Shown here: positions 39,765-49,283 of the stretch, piece after piece | Position numbering within the stretch: position 1 is the first letter of the stretch | Layout of the letters: each line of letters starts with the position of its first letter | NCBI GenBank assembly: GCA_963668315.1 | Contig: OY764216.1 | Span: forward strand, 4,192,001 to 4,256,000 | DNA: 64,000 nucleotides | Source of the DNA: Spirochaetia bacterium | GTDB lineage: Bacteria; Spirochaetota; Spirochaetia; DSM-2461 | Direction of reading: 5' to 3' | Notes under the pieces: generated by a model | Seen by the model: only the letters and a program-made list of their open reading frames with translations | The model's database searches: none | What the model was told of the DNA's origin: nothing | Made by a program: the position numbers and the translations under genes

Positions 39765-41752
39765 CGTTTACTCTTCTCTTCAAATTCCTGTTCCAGCTGC
39801 TCCAGACTGCGGGCAACATCCAAATAAAGGGGCATGATATCATGGCCGTCCGGCTCTTTCAAGGCCGATTCGAGAAGGAGCGCGTTCCGGGCAAGATCAT
39901 CGGCCATAATGCTCATGGCTCCCCCCTTGAGGGAGTGGCTGTTCCTGTGGGCTCTTTCCCAGTTTTTTCCCTCCACATCCCTCTTTATCTCCTCCATAAG
40001 GTTCTCCGAGGAATCAAGATACCCCCGGATAATCAGATCCCCGTCCTCGCGGCTCTCGATCTCTTCGCAGAACTCCCTGTACCGCAGAATCGGACGCTCC
40101 CGGTTGTTCTCTTCCTGCAGGCGGCACTCCCAGGCCAGGGCCCGATGGAGCGCATCCTCCTCACCGTCGCTGTTCAGCCAGAAATAGAGATGGTCGAGAA
40201 GGGTCTGCCGGCGGATCGGCTTGGCGAGAAAATCACTCATCCCCACCCGGCGGCAGGCTTCTCTGTCGGCGGTGAAGGCACTGGCGGACATTCCGATGAT
40301 GGGAATGTTCTTTCCCCTTTCCATCTTCCTTATCTGCGCCGTGGCTTCCAGACCGCTCAGAAGGGGCATATGGACATCCATGATAATCAGATCGTAGCGG
40401 TTCCTGGTGAAAAGCAGAATGGCCTCTTCTCCATTCTCGGCCACATCCACTTCCATGGCATAGGGCTCCAGATGGAGAAGGACCACATCCTGATTGATTT
40501 TATAGTCTTCCACAAGCAGAATGCGTCCCGGACGGAGAGTTCCCAGGTCCGCCTTGACCTCTTCTCCCCCGGCGGGCAGAGGGATCTGGGATTTTTCGCT
40601 GAGATTCAGGGGAATGACGAAAACAAAGGCCGATCCCTCCCCCAGGCGGCTGGACAGGGTGATATGCCCCCCCATCAGCTCCACCAGCTCCTTGCAGATA
40701 GCGACCCCCAGTCCGGTGCCGCCGAAACGCCTCTCGATGGAATTATCGGCCTGAACGAATTTTTCAAAAACCGCTTCCTGCATCTCCAGGGGAATCCCGA
40801 TTCCCGTATCCCTGATCTCAAAACGGACCCAGTCCTGTTTGTCCCGGTGCTCAAACAGGGTGACGGACAGCTCCACCTTCCCTTCGGAGGTAAACTTGAC
40901 CGCATTGGATATAAGGTTGGTCAGAATCTGCCCCAGCCTGAACGCATCGCCCAGATAGCAGTCCCACAGCTTATCATCATAGATCTGCCCGAACTCCAGC
41001 CCCTTATTGTCCAGGACAGGCAGAAAGGGACTGATCTGATCCTGAATAAGGCGGCTCAGCAGAAAGGTTCTGGTCTCCAGGTGGATCTGGTTGGCCTCTA
41101 TCTTCGAAATGTCCAGCAGCTGGTTGATCAGAGTCATGAGACGTTCCGACTCGTTCAGAATATTCTGCGCATAGGGGGCGATGTTTTCATCCCCGTCCCT
41201 CTGAATCAGTTCGGCGAACCCCACGATGCCGTTCAGGGGGGTCCGGATCTCGTGGGACATATTGGCGAGGAAAAGGGATTTGGCATGGTTGGCCTGTTCC
41301 GCTTCCCGGATAGCCTCGAGCATCCTTTTCTCGGCATTCACCAGGCTGGTGATATCCCGGGCGGCCCCTTCGATAACATGATACTCTTCCTTATACCGGG
41401 CGGAGATTCGGACCATCCTCTCCTCATCGCCTATGCGCAGGGGGGTGGAGAAGGTCAGCGACTCCTCCTCGGGATAGGCGTCTTCCTTCAGTTCATCAAG
41501 CTCGTCGAATATACCGAAGCGGTTGAAGACGTAATCCAGCTCCTCCAGCCTCTCCACCCCGAAAGTGCGGAGAAGCTCCTTGTTCGCCGTCAGGACCCGG
41601 TTTGATTTCACGTCTATACGGAAAAGCCCGGCCAGGGCATTCTCAAAAAGATACTGGTACTGCTCCTCGAGAGCCAGCTTCTGGTCTTCCAGCTGGAACA
41701 TTTCCTGCTGGATCAGACGCCGTTCAGACTCCCCGAGAAACCGATTAGCCAT
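39761..41752 (-). CDS. Cytoplasmic hybrid histidine kinase PAS-HisKA-HATPase-REC-HPt
   Basis: 'FLANMSHEIRTP', 'NLISNAVKFT', 'DTGIGI', 'GGTGLG', REC 'DLIIMDVHMP', HPt 'SHSLKGGA'. Confidence 0.93.
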   Translation of the reverse strand: MANRFLGESERRLIQQEMFQLEDQKLALEEQYQYLFENALAGLFRIDVKSNRVLTANKELLRTFGVERLEELDYVFNRFGIFDELDELKEDAYPEEESLTFSTPLRIGDEERMVRISARYKEEYHVIEGAARDITSLVNAEKRMLEAIREAEQANHAKSLFLANMSHEIRTPLNGIVGFAELIQRDGDENIAPYAQNILNESERLMTLINQLLDISKIEANQIHLETRTFLLSRLIQDQISPFLPVLDNKGLEFGQIYDDKLWDCYLGDAFRLGQILTNLISNAVKFTSEGKVELSVTLFEHRDKQDWVRFEIRDTGIGIPLEMQEAVFEKFVQADNSIERRFGGTGLGVAICKELVELMGGHITLSSRLGEGSAFVFVIPLNLSEKSQIPLPAGGEEVKADLGTLRPGRILLVEDYKINQDVVLLHLEPYAMEVDVAENGEEAILLFTRNRYDLIIMDVHMPLLSGLEATAQIRKMERGKNIPIIGMSASAFTADREACRRVGMSDFLAKPIRRQTLLDHLYFWLNSDGEEDALHRALAWECRLQEENNRERPILRYREFCEEIESREDGDLIIRGYLDSSENLMEEIKRDVEGKNWERAHRNSHSLKGGAMSIMADDLARNALLLESALKEPDGHDIMPLYLDVARSLEQLEQEFEEKSKR

Positions 41753-42128
41753 TGAGTGCTTCCTTCAGGGCGCCCAGGATCTGGGTGAATGTGACCGGTT
41801 TGGTCAGATAATAATCGGCCCCTACGGCATATCCCTGTTCTATATCGCTGTCCTGAGCCCGGGCGCTGAGCAGGATGAGCGGGATGGCCGAGGTCTGCCC
41901 TTCCTCCTTGAGCCTCCGCGCCACGGTCAGGCCGTCAAGGCCGGGCATCTGGACATCCATGATGATGACGTCCGGCTCCCGGTTCACCAGTTCCAGAACC
42001 TCATCACCGGTTCCCGCTTCCAGAACGGTAAGGCCCCGGGAACGGAGTCCCTTGGCTATATGCTTGCGGATATACTCCTCGTCATCGGCTATCAGAACCG
42101 ATTTTCCCTGTAAACCTTCGTCGGTCAA
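41745..42128 (-). CDS. Single-domain response regulator
   Basis: 'LIADDE', 'PDVIIMDVQMPGLDG', 'YLTKP'. Confidence 0.9.
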   Translation of the reverse strand: MTDEGLQGKSVLIADDEEYIRKHIAKGLRSRGLTVLEAGTGDEVLELVNREPDVIIMDVQMPGLDGLTVARRLKEEGQTSAIPLILLSARAQDSDIEQGYAVGADYYLTKPVTFTQILGALKEALNG

Positions 42129-42143
42129 TACAAACCTCCGCCG

Positions 42144-43457
42144 TCAGTTCGTCAGCGCTGCGATGGCAGCCCCCAGAAGCGGAGCATCCTCGACACGGAC
42201 AATTTCATAATACCGTTCATCATCTCCGCCCAGGGCCTCCTTCAGGTAGGACTCCACCCGGAACCGGAACCGGCAGTAGGCATAGAAAGTGGTTCCGTCA
42301 ACGGTCAGACAGTAGGGATTAAGGATATTTTTCCCGAAATCCGTTTTCAGCAGAACGGCGGCCATACTGCCTGCGGTCATCTTGGCGGCCCGTTCCAGCA
42401 GGAAGTCGATCAGCCAGTAGAGCTTCTCTTTCTCTTCGGCGGACTCGCCGGCCATGGCCTGAACCAGCCGGTTGCTCCCGTCCTGGGGATTATGCAGGTA
42501 ATTGTCCCCGTCAATGGTGGTCAGCGTTCCCAGAGCGGCGATTTTCCCGGCGGCCGAAGAGGAGAGAAATCCCTCGGAGGCAGCCAGGTCCAGAGTTTCC
42601 TGTACAATAGCGCCGAAGTAGCCGCCGGAGGAGAGTTTCTCCTGGTAATAGTCGCCGGGGCAGGTGGTTTTCTTATCGAGGGACTTGTCGGCTGTACCCC
42701 GGGGAAGCCTGGCGTAACCGCCCGATTCGGTATTGATGATCTGATGGGTCAGACCGCCCTCTTTTCCCTTGATTTTGGGGATATTCTTCGTGTCTTCCAG
42801 GTAGCAGCTGTTTAAGCCCGTTCCCAGGATATAGCCCATGTATCCGTCATAGGTTCTGTCCGGATGAACGGCCATGCCCGTGAGAAGGGTGGCTACCGTA
42901 TCATTGAGGACAATCACCTTCTGATCGCCCCGGCATCCGGCTTTCTTCAAATAGGCCAGGAGATTCTCGGCGATGGATTTGCCCAGGACCTCGGGGGCTT
43001 TGATCTCCTTGGTGAAAACCAGGGGAATGGCGTCGCATTCGGGAGTGATCTCGGCGGGATAGGAGAAGCAGAATCCTATGGCGTCGCTCTCATCGGCGAA
43101 ATCCTTGATCCGCTCGGCAAACACCGTGTAGAACTCATCAAGGGAGACTTCTCTTTCGAAACCGGGCATACGGATCTTGGAGAATTTCTCGATGACCCCT
43201 TTTCCGGAATCATCAAAATGCACCAATGCTGCCCGCAGATTCGTACCGCCCGCGTCCAGGACGACAACCTTCTTGTTCCGCGGAATCTCCGGACGGGCGT
43301 CAATATAGGTGGGAATCATGGCCAGGGAAGAGTTCTCCCCCGCAAGACCCCTGTCCATTTCATCCTGAAAGTCCCTTATATAGTCTTTTAGTTCCATATC
43401 GCCGGCGTACATGCCGTGGCGGCTTAAAAAATCGATGGCAGCTTTTTTCATACCCAT
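42144..43457 (-). CDS. Hexokinase (eukaryote-like Hexokinase_1/2 family)
   Basis: 'SSLAMIPTY', 'LDAGGTNLR', 'GFCFSYP', 'FTKE', 'LNDTVATL', 'ILGTGLNSCY', 'INTESG'. Confidence 0.92.
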   Translation of the reverse strand: MGMKKAAIDFLSRHGMYAGDMELKDYIRDFQDEMDRGLAGENSSLAMIPTYIDARPEIPRNKKVVVLDAGGTNLRAALVHFDDSGKGVIEKFSKIRMPGFEREVSLDEFYTVFAERIKDFADESDAIGFCFSYPAEITPECDAIPLVFTKEIKAPEVLGKSIAENLLAYLKKAGCRGDQKVIVLNDTVATLLTGMAVHPDRTYDGYMGYILGTGLNSCYLEDTKNIPKIKGKEGGLTHQIINTESGGYARLPRGTADKSLDKKTTCPGDYYQEKLSSGGYFGAIVQETLDLAASEGFLSSSAAGKIAALGTLTTIDGDNYLHNPQDGSNRLVQAMAGESAEEKEKLYWLIDFLLERAAKMTAGSMAAVLLKTDFGKNILNPYCLTVDGTTFYAYCRFRFRVESYLKEALGGDDERYYEIVRVEDAPLLGAAIAALTN

Positions 43458-43527
43458 GGTTATTGCTCCTGGACTTGATGATAAGTATCCCATAAGTCTA
43501 TAGTTAATAGAGGGGGAAGGTCAAGTT

Positions 43528-44007
43528 ATGCAGATCACCATTCTTACCGTTGGTAAGCTAAAGGAAAAATACCTGAGACTGGGTGTGGAAGAGTATGTCA
43601 AACGTCTGGGAGCCTGGGGAAAAATCAATCTCATTGAAGTCGGCGACGAGAAATGTCCCGACCGGGGCAGCGACAGGGAAAAGGAGCTGGTGCTCCAGAA
43701 GGAGGGGGACCGGCTTCTGGCCAAACTTCCCGCCGACGCCTGGCCGGTGACCCTGGAGATCGGAGGCCAGTCTCTTTCCAGCGAAGAACTGGCCAGAAAA
43801 ATGGATGAGCTGCCCCACCGGGGAGTCAGCCACGTGGCCTTCATCATCGGCGGCTCCCTGGGGCTGGATAAAAGGGTGCGGGAGAAAAGCCGGCTGGCCC
43901 TCTCCTTCTCCCGGATGACCTTTCCCCACCAGCTGATGCGCCTGATTCTGGTGGAGCAGATCTACCGGGCCTATACGATAATCCAGGGGTCGCCCTATCA
44001 TAAATAA
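43528..44007 (+). CDS. rlmH: 23S rRNA (pseudouridine1915-N3)-methyltransferase
   Basis: 'TVGKLKEKY', 'FIIGGSLGL', 'MTFPHQLMRLILVEQIYRA...GSPYHK'. Confidence 0.96.
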   Translation: MQITILTVGKLKEKYLRLGVEEYVKRLGAWGKINLIEVGDEKCPDRGSDREKELVLQKEGDRLLAKLPADAWPVTLEIGGQSLSSEELARKMDELPHRGVSHVAFIIGGSLGLDKRVREKSRLALSFSRMTFPHQLMRLILVEQIYRAYTIIQGSPYHK

Positions 44008-44042
44008 CGGAAGGAATCGGACAGCTGACTCCTCCCCGGGAA

Positions 44043-45209
44043 TCAGGAAAGAGCCTTCTCGATCCTCTTCATGCACTCTTCAACCAGAGGCCGGGGACAG
44101 GCGGCGTTTATTCGGACAAAACCTTCCCCCTCCCTGCCGAACATGGCTCCCATGTCAAAGAGGACATCTCCCTTCTCTATCATCCGGCTCTCCAGTTCCT
44201 CCGGAGAGTATCCGTAGGCCCTCAGATCCAGCCATGCCAGGTAGGTTCCTTCGCTGATTCTGTGCCGGGCCAGGGGAAGCCTCTCCTTCACGTACCGGTC
44301 GATAAAAGCCATGTTTTCATCGAGATAAAGATTTATTTCCTCCACCCAGTCATCGCACCGGGTATAGGCGGCTTCCACGGCGGCTATGGAGAGGGGATTG
44401 AGCAGCGTATAGCCCCTTTCGCGCTCCCAGGCTTTCTGATATTCCGGGTGGGAAATGATGATATGGGAACACTGCATCCCGGCCATATTAAAAGTTTTGC
44501 TGGGGGCGGTACAGGTTATAATGCGGTCTTCTCCGGGAAAGAGATCGGCCAGGACCTGGTGTTTCTTGTCCTTTCTGATCAGATCGAAGTGGATTTCATC
44601 GGACACCAGGATGACATCATTCGCCAGGCATATCTCTCCGACCCGCTTAAGTTCGTCCTTCGTCCAGACACGGCCCACCGGATTATGGGGGCTGCAGAGG
44701 ATCATCATGACATTATTCGCATCCTGCGCCAGAGAGGCCAGATGATCAAAGTCCATGGTGTAGTATCCGTCCGTCTCTATCAGGGGATTATTGGCGATTT
44801 TCCGCCCTTCCCCCTCAATGACCTGACCGAAAGGGTAATAGACGGGATTCTGGATGATGACCCCGTTCCCTTTTCCGGTAAGCTGCCGAACCAGGGTGGA
44901 GATGGCGGGGACAACTCCCGGTGAGATAAAGATATCCTCCCTGGGAACAGACCATGAAAACCGTTTTTCAAACCAGCCGGTAACCGCCTCCCAGTAGGAG
45001 GATGTCTCATAGGAGCTGTAACCGAATATCCGGCGGTCCACCCTCTTGTGGAGGGCCTCAATGACCGGAGGGGGACAGGCAAAATCCATATCGGCCACCC
45101 AGCTGGGAAGAGTCGTCTCTCCGGCCTTGGGTGAAAGCTGTCCCATAAACTCCCATTTGAGGGAATTGGTATTTTTTCTATCGATGATTTCGTCAAATTG
45201 GTACTTCAT
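44043..45209 (-). CDS. MalY/PatB-family PLP enzyme (cystathionine beta-lyase-like)
   Basis: 'WVADMDF', 'LCSPHNPVGRVW', 'SDEIH', 'APSKTFNMAG', 'RINAACP'. Confidence 0.92.
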   Translation of the reverse strand: MKYQFDEIIDRKNTNSLKWEFMGQLSPKAGETTLPSWVADMDFACPPPVIEALHKRVDRRIFGYSSYETSSYWEAVTGWFEKRFSWSVPREDIFISPGVVPAISTLVRQLTGKGNGVIIQNPVYYPFGQVIEGEGRKIANNPLIETDGYYTMDFDHLASLAQDANNVMMILCSPHNPVGRVWTKDELKRVGEICLANDVILVSDEIHFDLIRKDKKHQVLADLFPGEDRIITCTAPSKTFNMAGMQCSHIIISHPEYQKAWERERGYTLLNPLSIAAVEAAYTRCDDWVEEINLYLDENMAFIDRYVKERLPLARHRISEGTYLAWLDLRAYGYSPEELESRMIEKGDVLFDMGAMFGREGEGFVRINAACPRPLVEECMKRIEKALS

Positions 45210-45215
45210 AACTTT

Positions 45216-45266
45216 GTCATACCATATAGGCTCTGCCTTGACAAGGAAGGGGGGAATGATTATATT
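45216..45266. promoter_or_regulatory. Back-to-back sigma70 promoters sharing one -35 locus
   Basis: + strand TTGACA(45238)-17-TATATT(45261); - strand TTGTCA(45244)-17-TATGAC(45221). Confidence 0.65.
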
Positions 45267-45306
45267 CGAATTATCGCTTGGATTCGATTGAACCGGGACG
45301 AGGCTT

Positions 45307-46977
45307 ATGAACTATATAGATATAAAAGATATAACCTTCGCCTACGACACGGAAAGTACTCCGGTTATAAGGCAGCTGTCACTTACCATACCTCAAGGGG
45401 AATTCACCGTCATAGCCGGCAGTAACGGTTCAGGTAAAAGTACCCTGTTAAGAGTGATAAACGGACTTCTCATACCCCAATCGGGCCGTGTGATCACCGC
45501 CGGATACGATACTTCCCTTAAATCCAATATACGCTCTCTCAGGCAGACGGCAGGAATGGTGTTCCAGGAACCGGAAAACCAGCTGACCGCCACGGTGGTG
45601 GAAGAGGATGCGGCTTTCGGACCGGAAAACCTGGCCTACCCCCGGGAGAAAATGGAGCAGGCGGTGAATGAAGCCCTGGAACTGACCGGTCTTCTCGAGC
45701 TGCGCAAGCGGTCTACGAATGCCCTGAGCGCCGGGCAGCTGCAGAGGCTGGCCCTGGCCGGAGTCCTTGCCATGAATCCCCGCTGCCTCCTCCTCGATGA
45801 GCCGACGAGTATGCTCAATCCCCGGGCCCGCCACCGCTTCATGGAACTTATCCGCCGGCTGAACCGGGAAAGGGGCCTGACGGTCGTCATGGTCTCCCAT
45901 CATCAGCAGGAGATCCTCGCTGCCGACCGGCTCATAATTATGGACCGGGGAGGAGTGGCCAGGGACGGAAAGCCCGATCTGCTCTTCAGGGACAGGGACC
46001 TGGAATCCTGGGGTCTCGTGCCTCCCATCGCCCTGGAGGCCTCGGAAAAGCTTCATGCCGCCTTCCCCTCCTTTCCCGCCGTCACGGAAGAATCCCAGCT
46101 CTGTTCTGCCCTGAGAGATGCAGGGGAAGGGGCGATCTCCCTCCTTAAGAAGGAATATCCCCTTTTCCGCAGCCGGTCCTTTATGGAGGCCGACAGGGAC
46201 GAGCCCGTCCGGGTGATAAACCTGACCCATGACTATCTTAAGGGAACCCTGCTTCGGCACAGAGCCCTTGATGACATAAGCTTTACGTTGAGAGGCGGGG
46301 AAACGGCCTGCCTGATCGGTACGACCGGATCGGGAAAATCCACCCTTCTACAGCATCTGAACGGTCTGCTTCTGGCCGATGAAGGAGAAGTCCGCCTGAT
46401 GGGTCTCGAACCTCTGGGGCGGCATACCCGGGAGAAGGATGTGATATCCCTCCGCCGGCAGATCGGCCTGGTTATGCAGAGACCGGAAAAACAGCTCTTC
46501 GAACGCTATGTGGGTGACGATGTGGCCTATGGTCCCCGCCAGCAGGGAGTCACGGGTAAAACCCTGGCCCGCCGGGTAAAGCAGGCCATGGATACGGTGG
46601 GCCTTCCCTTCGCGGAGTTCAAGGACAGACCGGTCTATGCCCTATCGGGAGGGGAAAAAAGAAAAGCCGCCCTGGCAGGAGTTCTGGCCATGGAACCGAG
46701 GGTTCTCCTTCTGGACGAACCCTCTGCCGGTCTTGATCCCCGTTCCCGCGGAGAGCTGCACCGTATACTGGCGGGACTGCAGAAAAAAGGGATTTCCCTG
46801 GTTATCGCTACCCATGATATGGATGAAGCCGCCCTTCTGGGGCACCAGATACTCCTGATGGACAAGGGCCGAATCGTCTTATCCGGCTCTCCCGGTCAGG
46901 TCTTCTCACAGGGAGAGGAACTGCGGAACCGGGGCCTCGAGGCCCCCTTTATCAAGCGCATTGAGGAGGGACTGTGA
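45307..46977 (+). CDS. ECF transporter fused double ATPase (EcfA-EcfA')
   Basis: Two NBDs: 'GSNGSGKST...VFQEPENQ...AFGPEN' and 'GTTGSGKST...QRPEKQLF...LSGGEKRK'. Confidence 0.92.
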   Translation: MNYIDIKDITFAYDTESTPVIRQLSLTIPQGEFTVIAGSNGSGKSTLLRVINGLLIPQSGRVITAGYDTSLKSNIRSLRQTAGMVFQEPENQLTATVVEEDAAFGPENLAYPREKMEQAVNEALELTGLLELRKRSTNALSAGQLQRLALAGVLAMNPRCLLLDEPTSMLNPRARHRFMELIRRLNRERGLTVVMVSHHQQEILAADRLIIMDRGGVARDGKPDLLFRDRDLESWGLVPPIALEASEKLHAAFPSFPAVTEESQLCSALRDAGEGAISLLKKEYPLFRSRSFMEADRDEPVRVINLTHDYLKGTLLRHRALDDISFTLRGGETACLIGTTGSGKSTLLQHLNGLLLADEGEVRLMGLEPLGRHTREKDVISLRRQIGLVMQRPEKQLFERYVGDDVAYGPRQQGVTGKTLARRVKQAMDTVGLPFAEFKDRPVYALSGGEKRKAALAGVLAMEPRVLLLDEPSAGLDPRSRGELHRILAGLQKKGISLVIATHDMDEAALLGHQILLMDKGRIVLSGSPGQVFSQGEELRNRGLEAPFIKRIEEGL

Positions 46978-47822
46978 AAGAACTGGATTTCGGCCAGAAA
47001 GCGTCTCTGGGACAGTTTCTTCCCGGTGATTCCCCCCTGCACAAACTCACCCCCCAGATAAAACTGGCCGGGGTCATGGTGCTGACGGTGGGCCTACTTT
47101 TCACATCTGCCTTACTGGGTTCGCTCTTCGGCCTGATCATGGTCATGATGCTCGGGGAAACGGGGAAAATTCCGGTCAGGTTCCTTTTCCGCAATATCAA
47201 GCCCATCCTTCCCTTTCTCCTCATTATTGCGGTCATGCAGCTCTTCTTCACCACCGCCGGAGACGGGGAGATCATCGCACAGTGGAAAAGGTTCACCCTG
47301 ACCCGGGCCGGACTCTTCAACGGCCTTTCCGTATTTCTGCGATTTTTCGCCCTCATGGGCCTTCTGACCCTTTTTACGGCGGTCACGCCCTCCCGGGAAA
47401 TAGGCCACGGCACGGAGAATCTCACCGCTCCCCTGGCGAAAATCGGCTTTCCCGCCCACGCCTTCTCCCTGATCATCACCATTACCTTCCGCTTTATCCC
47501 CATTCTTACGGGAGAAGCGGAAAACCTGATGAAAGCCCAGGCCTCCCGGGGCGCCCTGATCGGCATGGGCCGGAATCCGGTTAAAAGAATTCTGTCTTAC
47601 CTCCCCCTGCTGGTTCCTCTCTTTATATCTTCACTCCAGAGGGCTGAACAGCTGGCCGAAGCCATGGAAGCCCGCGGTTTCCAGCAGGGAGAAAAGCGTA
47701 CCCGCTATATCAGCTATCACTACTCTTTCAGGGATGTAATCGCCCTGATCGTCATCTGTCTTCTATCCGCAGGACTTTTTCTCTTCCGTCTGGGAAACTG
47801 GGAAAGTCTGCTCACGTTCTAA
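46974..47822 (+). CDS. ecfT: ECF transporter T component
   Basis: 'SPLHKLTPQIK', 'RFIP', 'KAQASRG', 'AMEARG'. Confidence 0.92.
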   Translation: MKELDFGQKASLGQFLPGDSPLHKLTPQIKLAGVMVLTVGLLFTSALLGSLFGLIMVMMLGETGKIPVRFLFRNIKPILPFLLIIAVMQLFFTTAGDGEIIAQWKRFTLTRAGLFNGLSVFLRFFALMGLLTLFTAVTPSREIGHGTENLTAPLAKIGFPAHAFSLIITITFRFIPILTGEAENLMKAQASRGALIGMGRNPVKRILSYLPLLVPLFISSLQRAEQLAEAMEARGFQQGEKRTRYISYHYSFRDVIALIVICLLSAGLFLFRLGNWESLLTF

Positions 47823-47834
47823 AAGGAGTTTTTT

Positions 47835-48446
47835 ATGAACGAAGGATTAAGTATCAAGAAAATCACCGTTGCCGGCGTCCTTTCCGCCGTTGCAGTCGTA
47901 CTGGGCATAACCCCCTTCGGACTGATTCCCTGGTTCTCCGGGGCGTCCATTACCATCATGCACGTGCCGGTCATTATCGCCGCCATACTGGAGGGTCCCC
48001 TTGTCGGCATGATCGTGGGACTGATATTCGGCGTTTCCAGCCTGATCAAGGCGGCCGTACAGCCCATGGGCATCCTGGATCCCTATTTTGTCAACCCTCT
48101 GATCTCCGTTCTGCCCCGGGTGCTTATCGGCCTGACGACTTATCTGGTCTACCGGGGACTGAAGAGATGGGAAATTCCCGCCATAATCGCCGCGGCCCTC
48201 ATGGGGAGCCTGACCAATACGGTTCTGGTCATCGGCTCTTTGGGACTCTTCTCTCAAATCAACTGGGAAGAGATGATGGGCATGAGCTTCGGGCCCCTCT
48301 TCGGCGCGATCTTCCTGGCGAACGGCATACCCGAAGCCATAGGGGCAACCCTGATAACCATAGCGGTCGTTACCGCCTGGAAGCGGATAGACCGGGGAGC
48401 GAATAAATCCTCCCTGGAAGATCTTGGTGAGGAGGATTCGGAATAA
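47835..48446 (+). CDS. ECF S component, probably pantothenate-type (PanT-like)
   Basis: 'GITPFGLIP', 'ITIMHVPVII', 'NPLISVLPR', 'NGIPEA'; directly upstream of coaX. Confidence 0.82.
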   Translation: MNEGLSIKKITVAGVLSAVAVVLGITPFGLIPWFSGASITIMHVPVIIAAILEGPLVGMIVGLIFGVSSLIKAAVQPMGILDPYFVNPLISVLPRVLIGLTTYLVYRGLKRWEIPAIIAAALMGSLTNTVLVIGSLGLFSQINWEEMMGMSFGPLFGAIFLANGIPEAIGATLITIAVVTAWKRIDRGANKSSLEDLGEEDSE

Positions 48447-49207
48447 TGCTCTTAGCCATAGATGTGGGAAATACCAATATCGTCTTCGGTGTACACGACG
48501 GTGATTCCTGGGTCAGCCACTGGCGCATAGCCACGGTGCACTCCAAAATGCCCGATGAATACGGCGTGCTCTTCAGGGACATGCTGCGCGACGGGGGCAT
48601 TGATAAAAACCTTCTGGACAAGGCGATTATCTCCAGCGTGGTTCCCGTATTGACAGGAAAGATCCGGGAAATGGTGACCTCCCTCATAGGAAAGCCCCCC
48701 CTGGTTGTGGGGCCCGGAGTCAAAACGGGACTGAAAATCCGCATAGGCAATCCCTCCGAGCTGGGAACGGATATCGTCTGCAACTGCGTGGCCGCCTACG
48801 AAAAGGTGAAGGACAGCTGCATCGTGGTTGACTTCGGAACAGCCCTGACATTTTCCGCCGTGGCGGCGGGCGGGGAGATCCGGGGCGTGGCCATAGCCCC
48901 CGGGCTGCAGTCAGCGGCGGGCGCCCTTTCCCTGAACACGGCCCAGCTTCCCCAGGTATGGCTGGAAGCGCCGGAAAAGGCGATAGGAACCAATACTACC
49001 GCCAGTATCCAGTCGGGAGTGATCTTCGGCTATACGGGTCTTGTGGAGAAGCTGATTGACAAAATGAGCGCCGAGCTGGACGGTGTGAAAGCGGTGATCG
49101 GGACCGGAGGCCTGTCCGGCGTCATAGCCCCCCTGACCGATCGTTTCACGTTCAGGGAACCCTGGCTGATTCTTGACGGCCTGCGGCTGATCGCGGAAAA
49201 GAACTGA
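48446..49207 (+). CDS. coaX: Type III pantothenate kinase
   Basis: 'LAIDVGNTN', 'ISSVVP', 'ELGTD', 'VVDFGTALT', 'IGTNT..SIQSG', 'TGG'. Confidence 0.94.
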   Translation: MLLAIDVGNTNIVFGVHDGDSWVSHWRIATVHSKMPDEYGVLFRDMLRDGGIDKNLLDKAIISSVVPVLTGKIREMVTSLIGKPPLVVGPGVKTGLKIRIGNPSELGTDIVCNCVAAYEKVKDSCIVVDFGTALTFSAVAAGGEIRGVAIAPGLQSAAGALSLNTAQLPQVWLEAPEKAIGTNTTASIQSGVIFGYTGLVEKLIDKMSAELDGVKAVIGTGGLSGVIAPLTDRFTFREPWLILDGLRLIAEKN

Positions 49208-49283
49208 ACCTCCGGCCAGTTCTCTGACTCTTAGAATCATTCTCTCCCTATTCCTTGGAAACGACCGGCGATATAATGGGAGA

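Noticed and set aside
43528..44043. rlmH 3' end as an island integration site (SCCmec-like)
   Set aside because: No integrase, direct repeat or compositional shift. A housekeeping gene converges 35 nt later.
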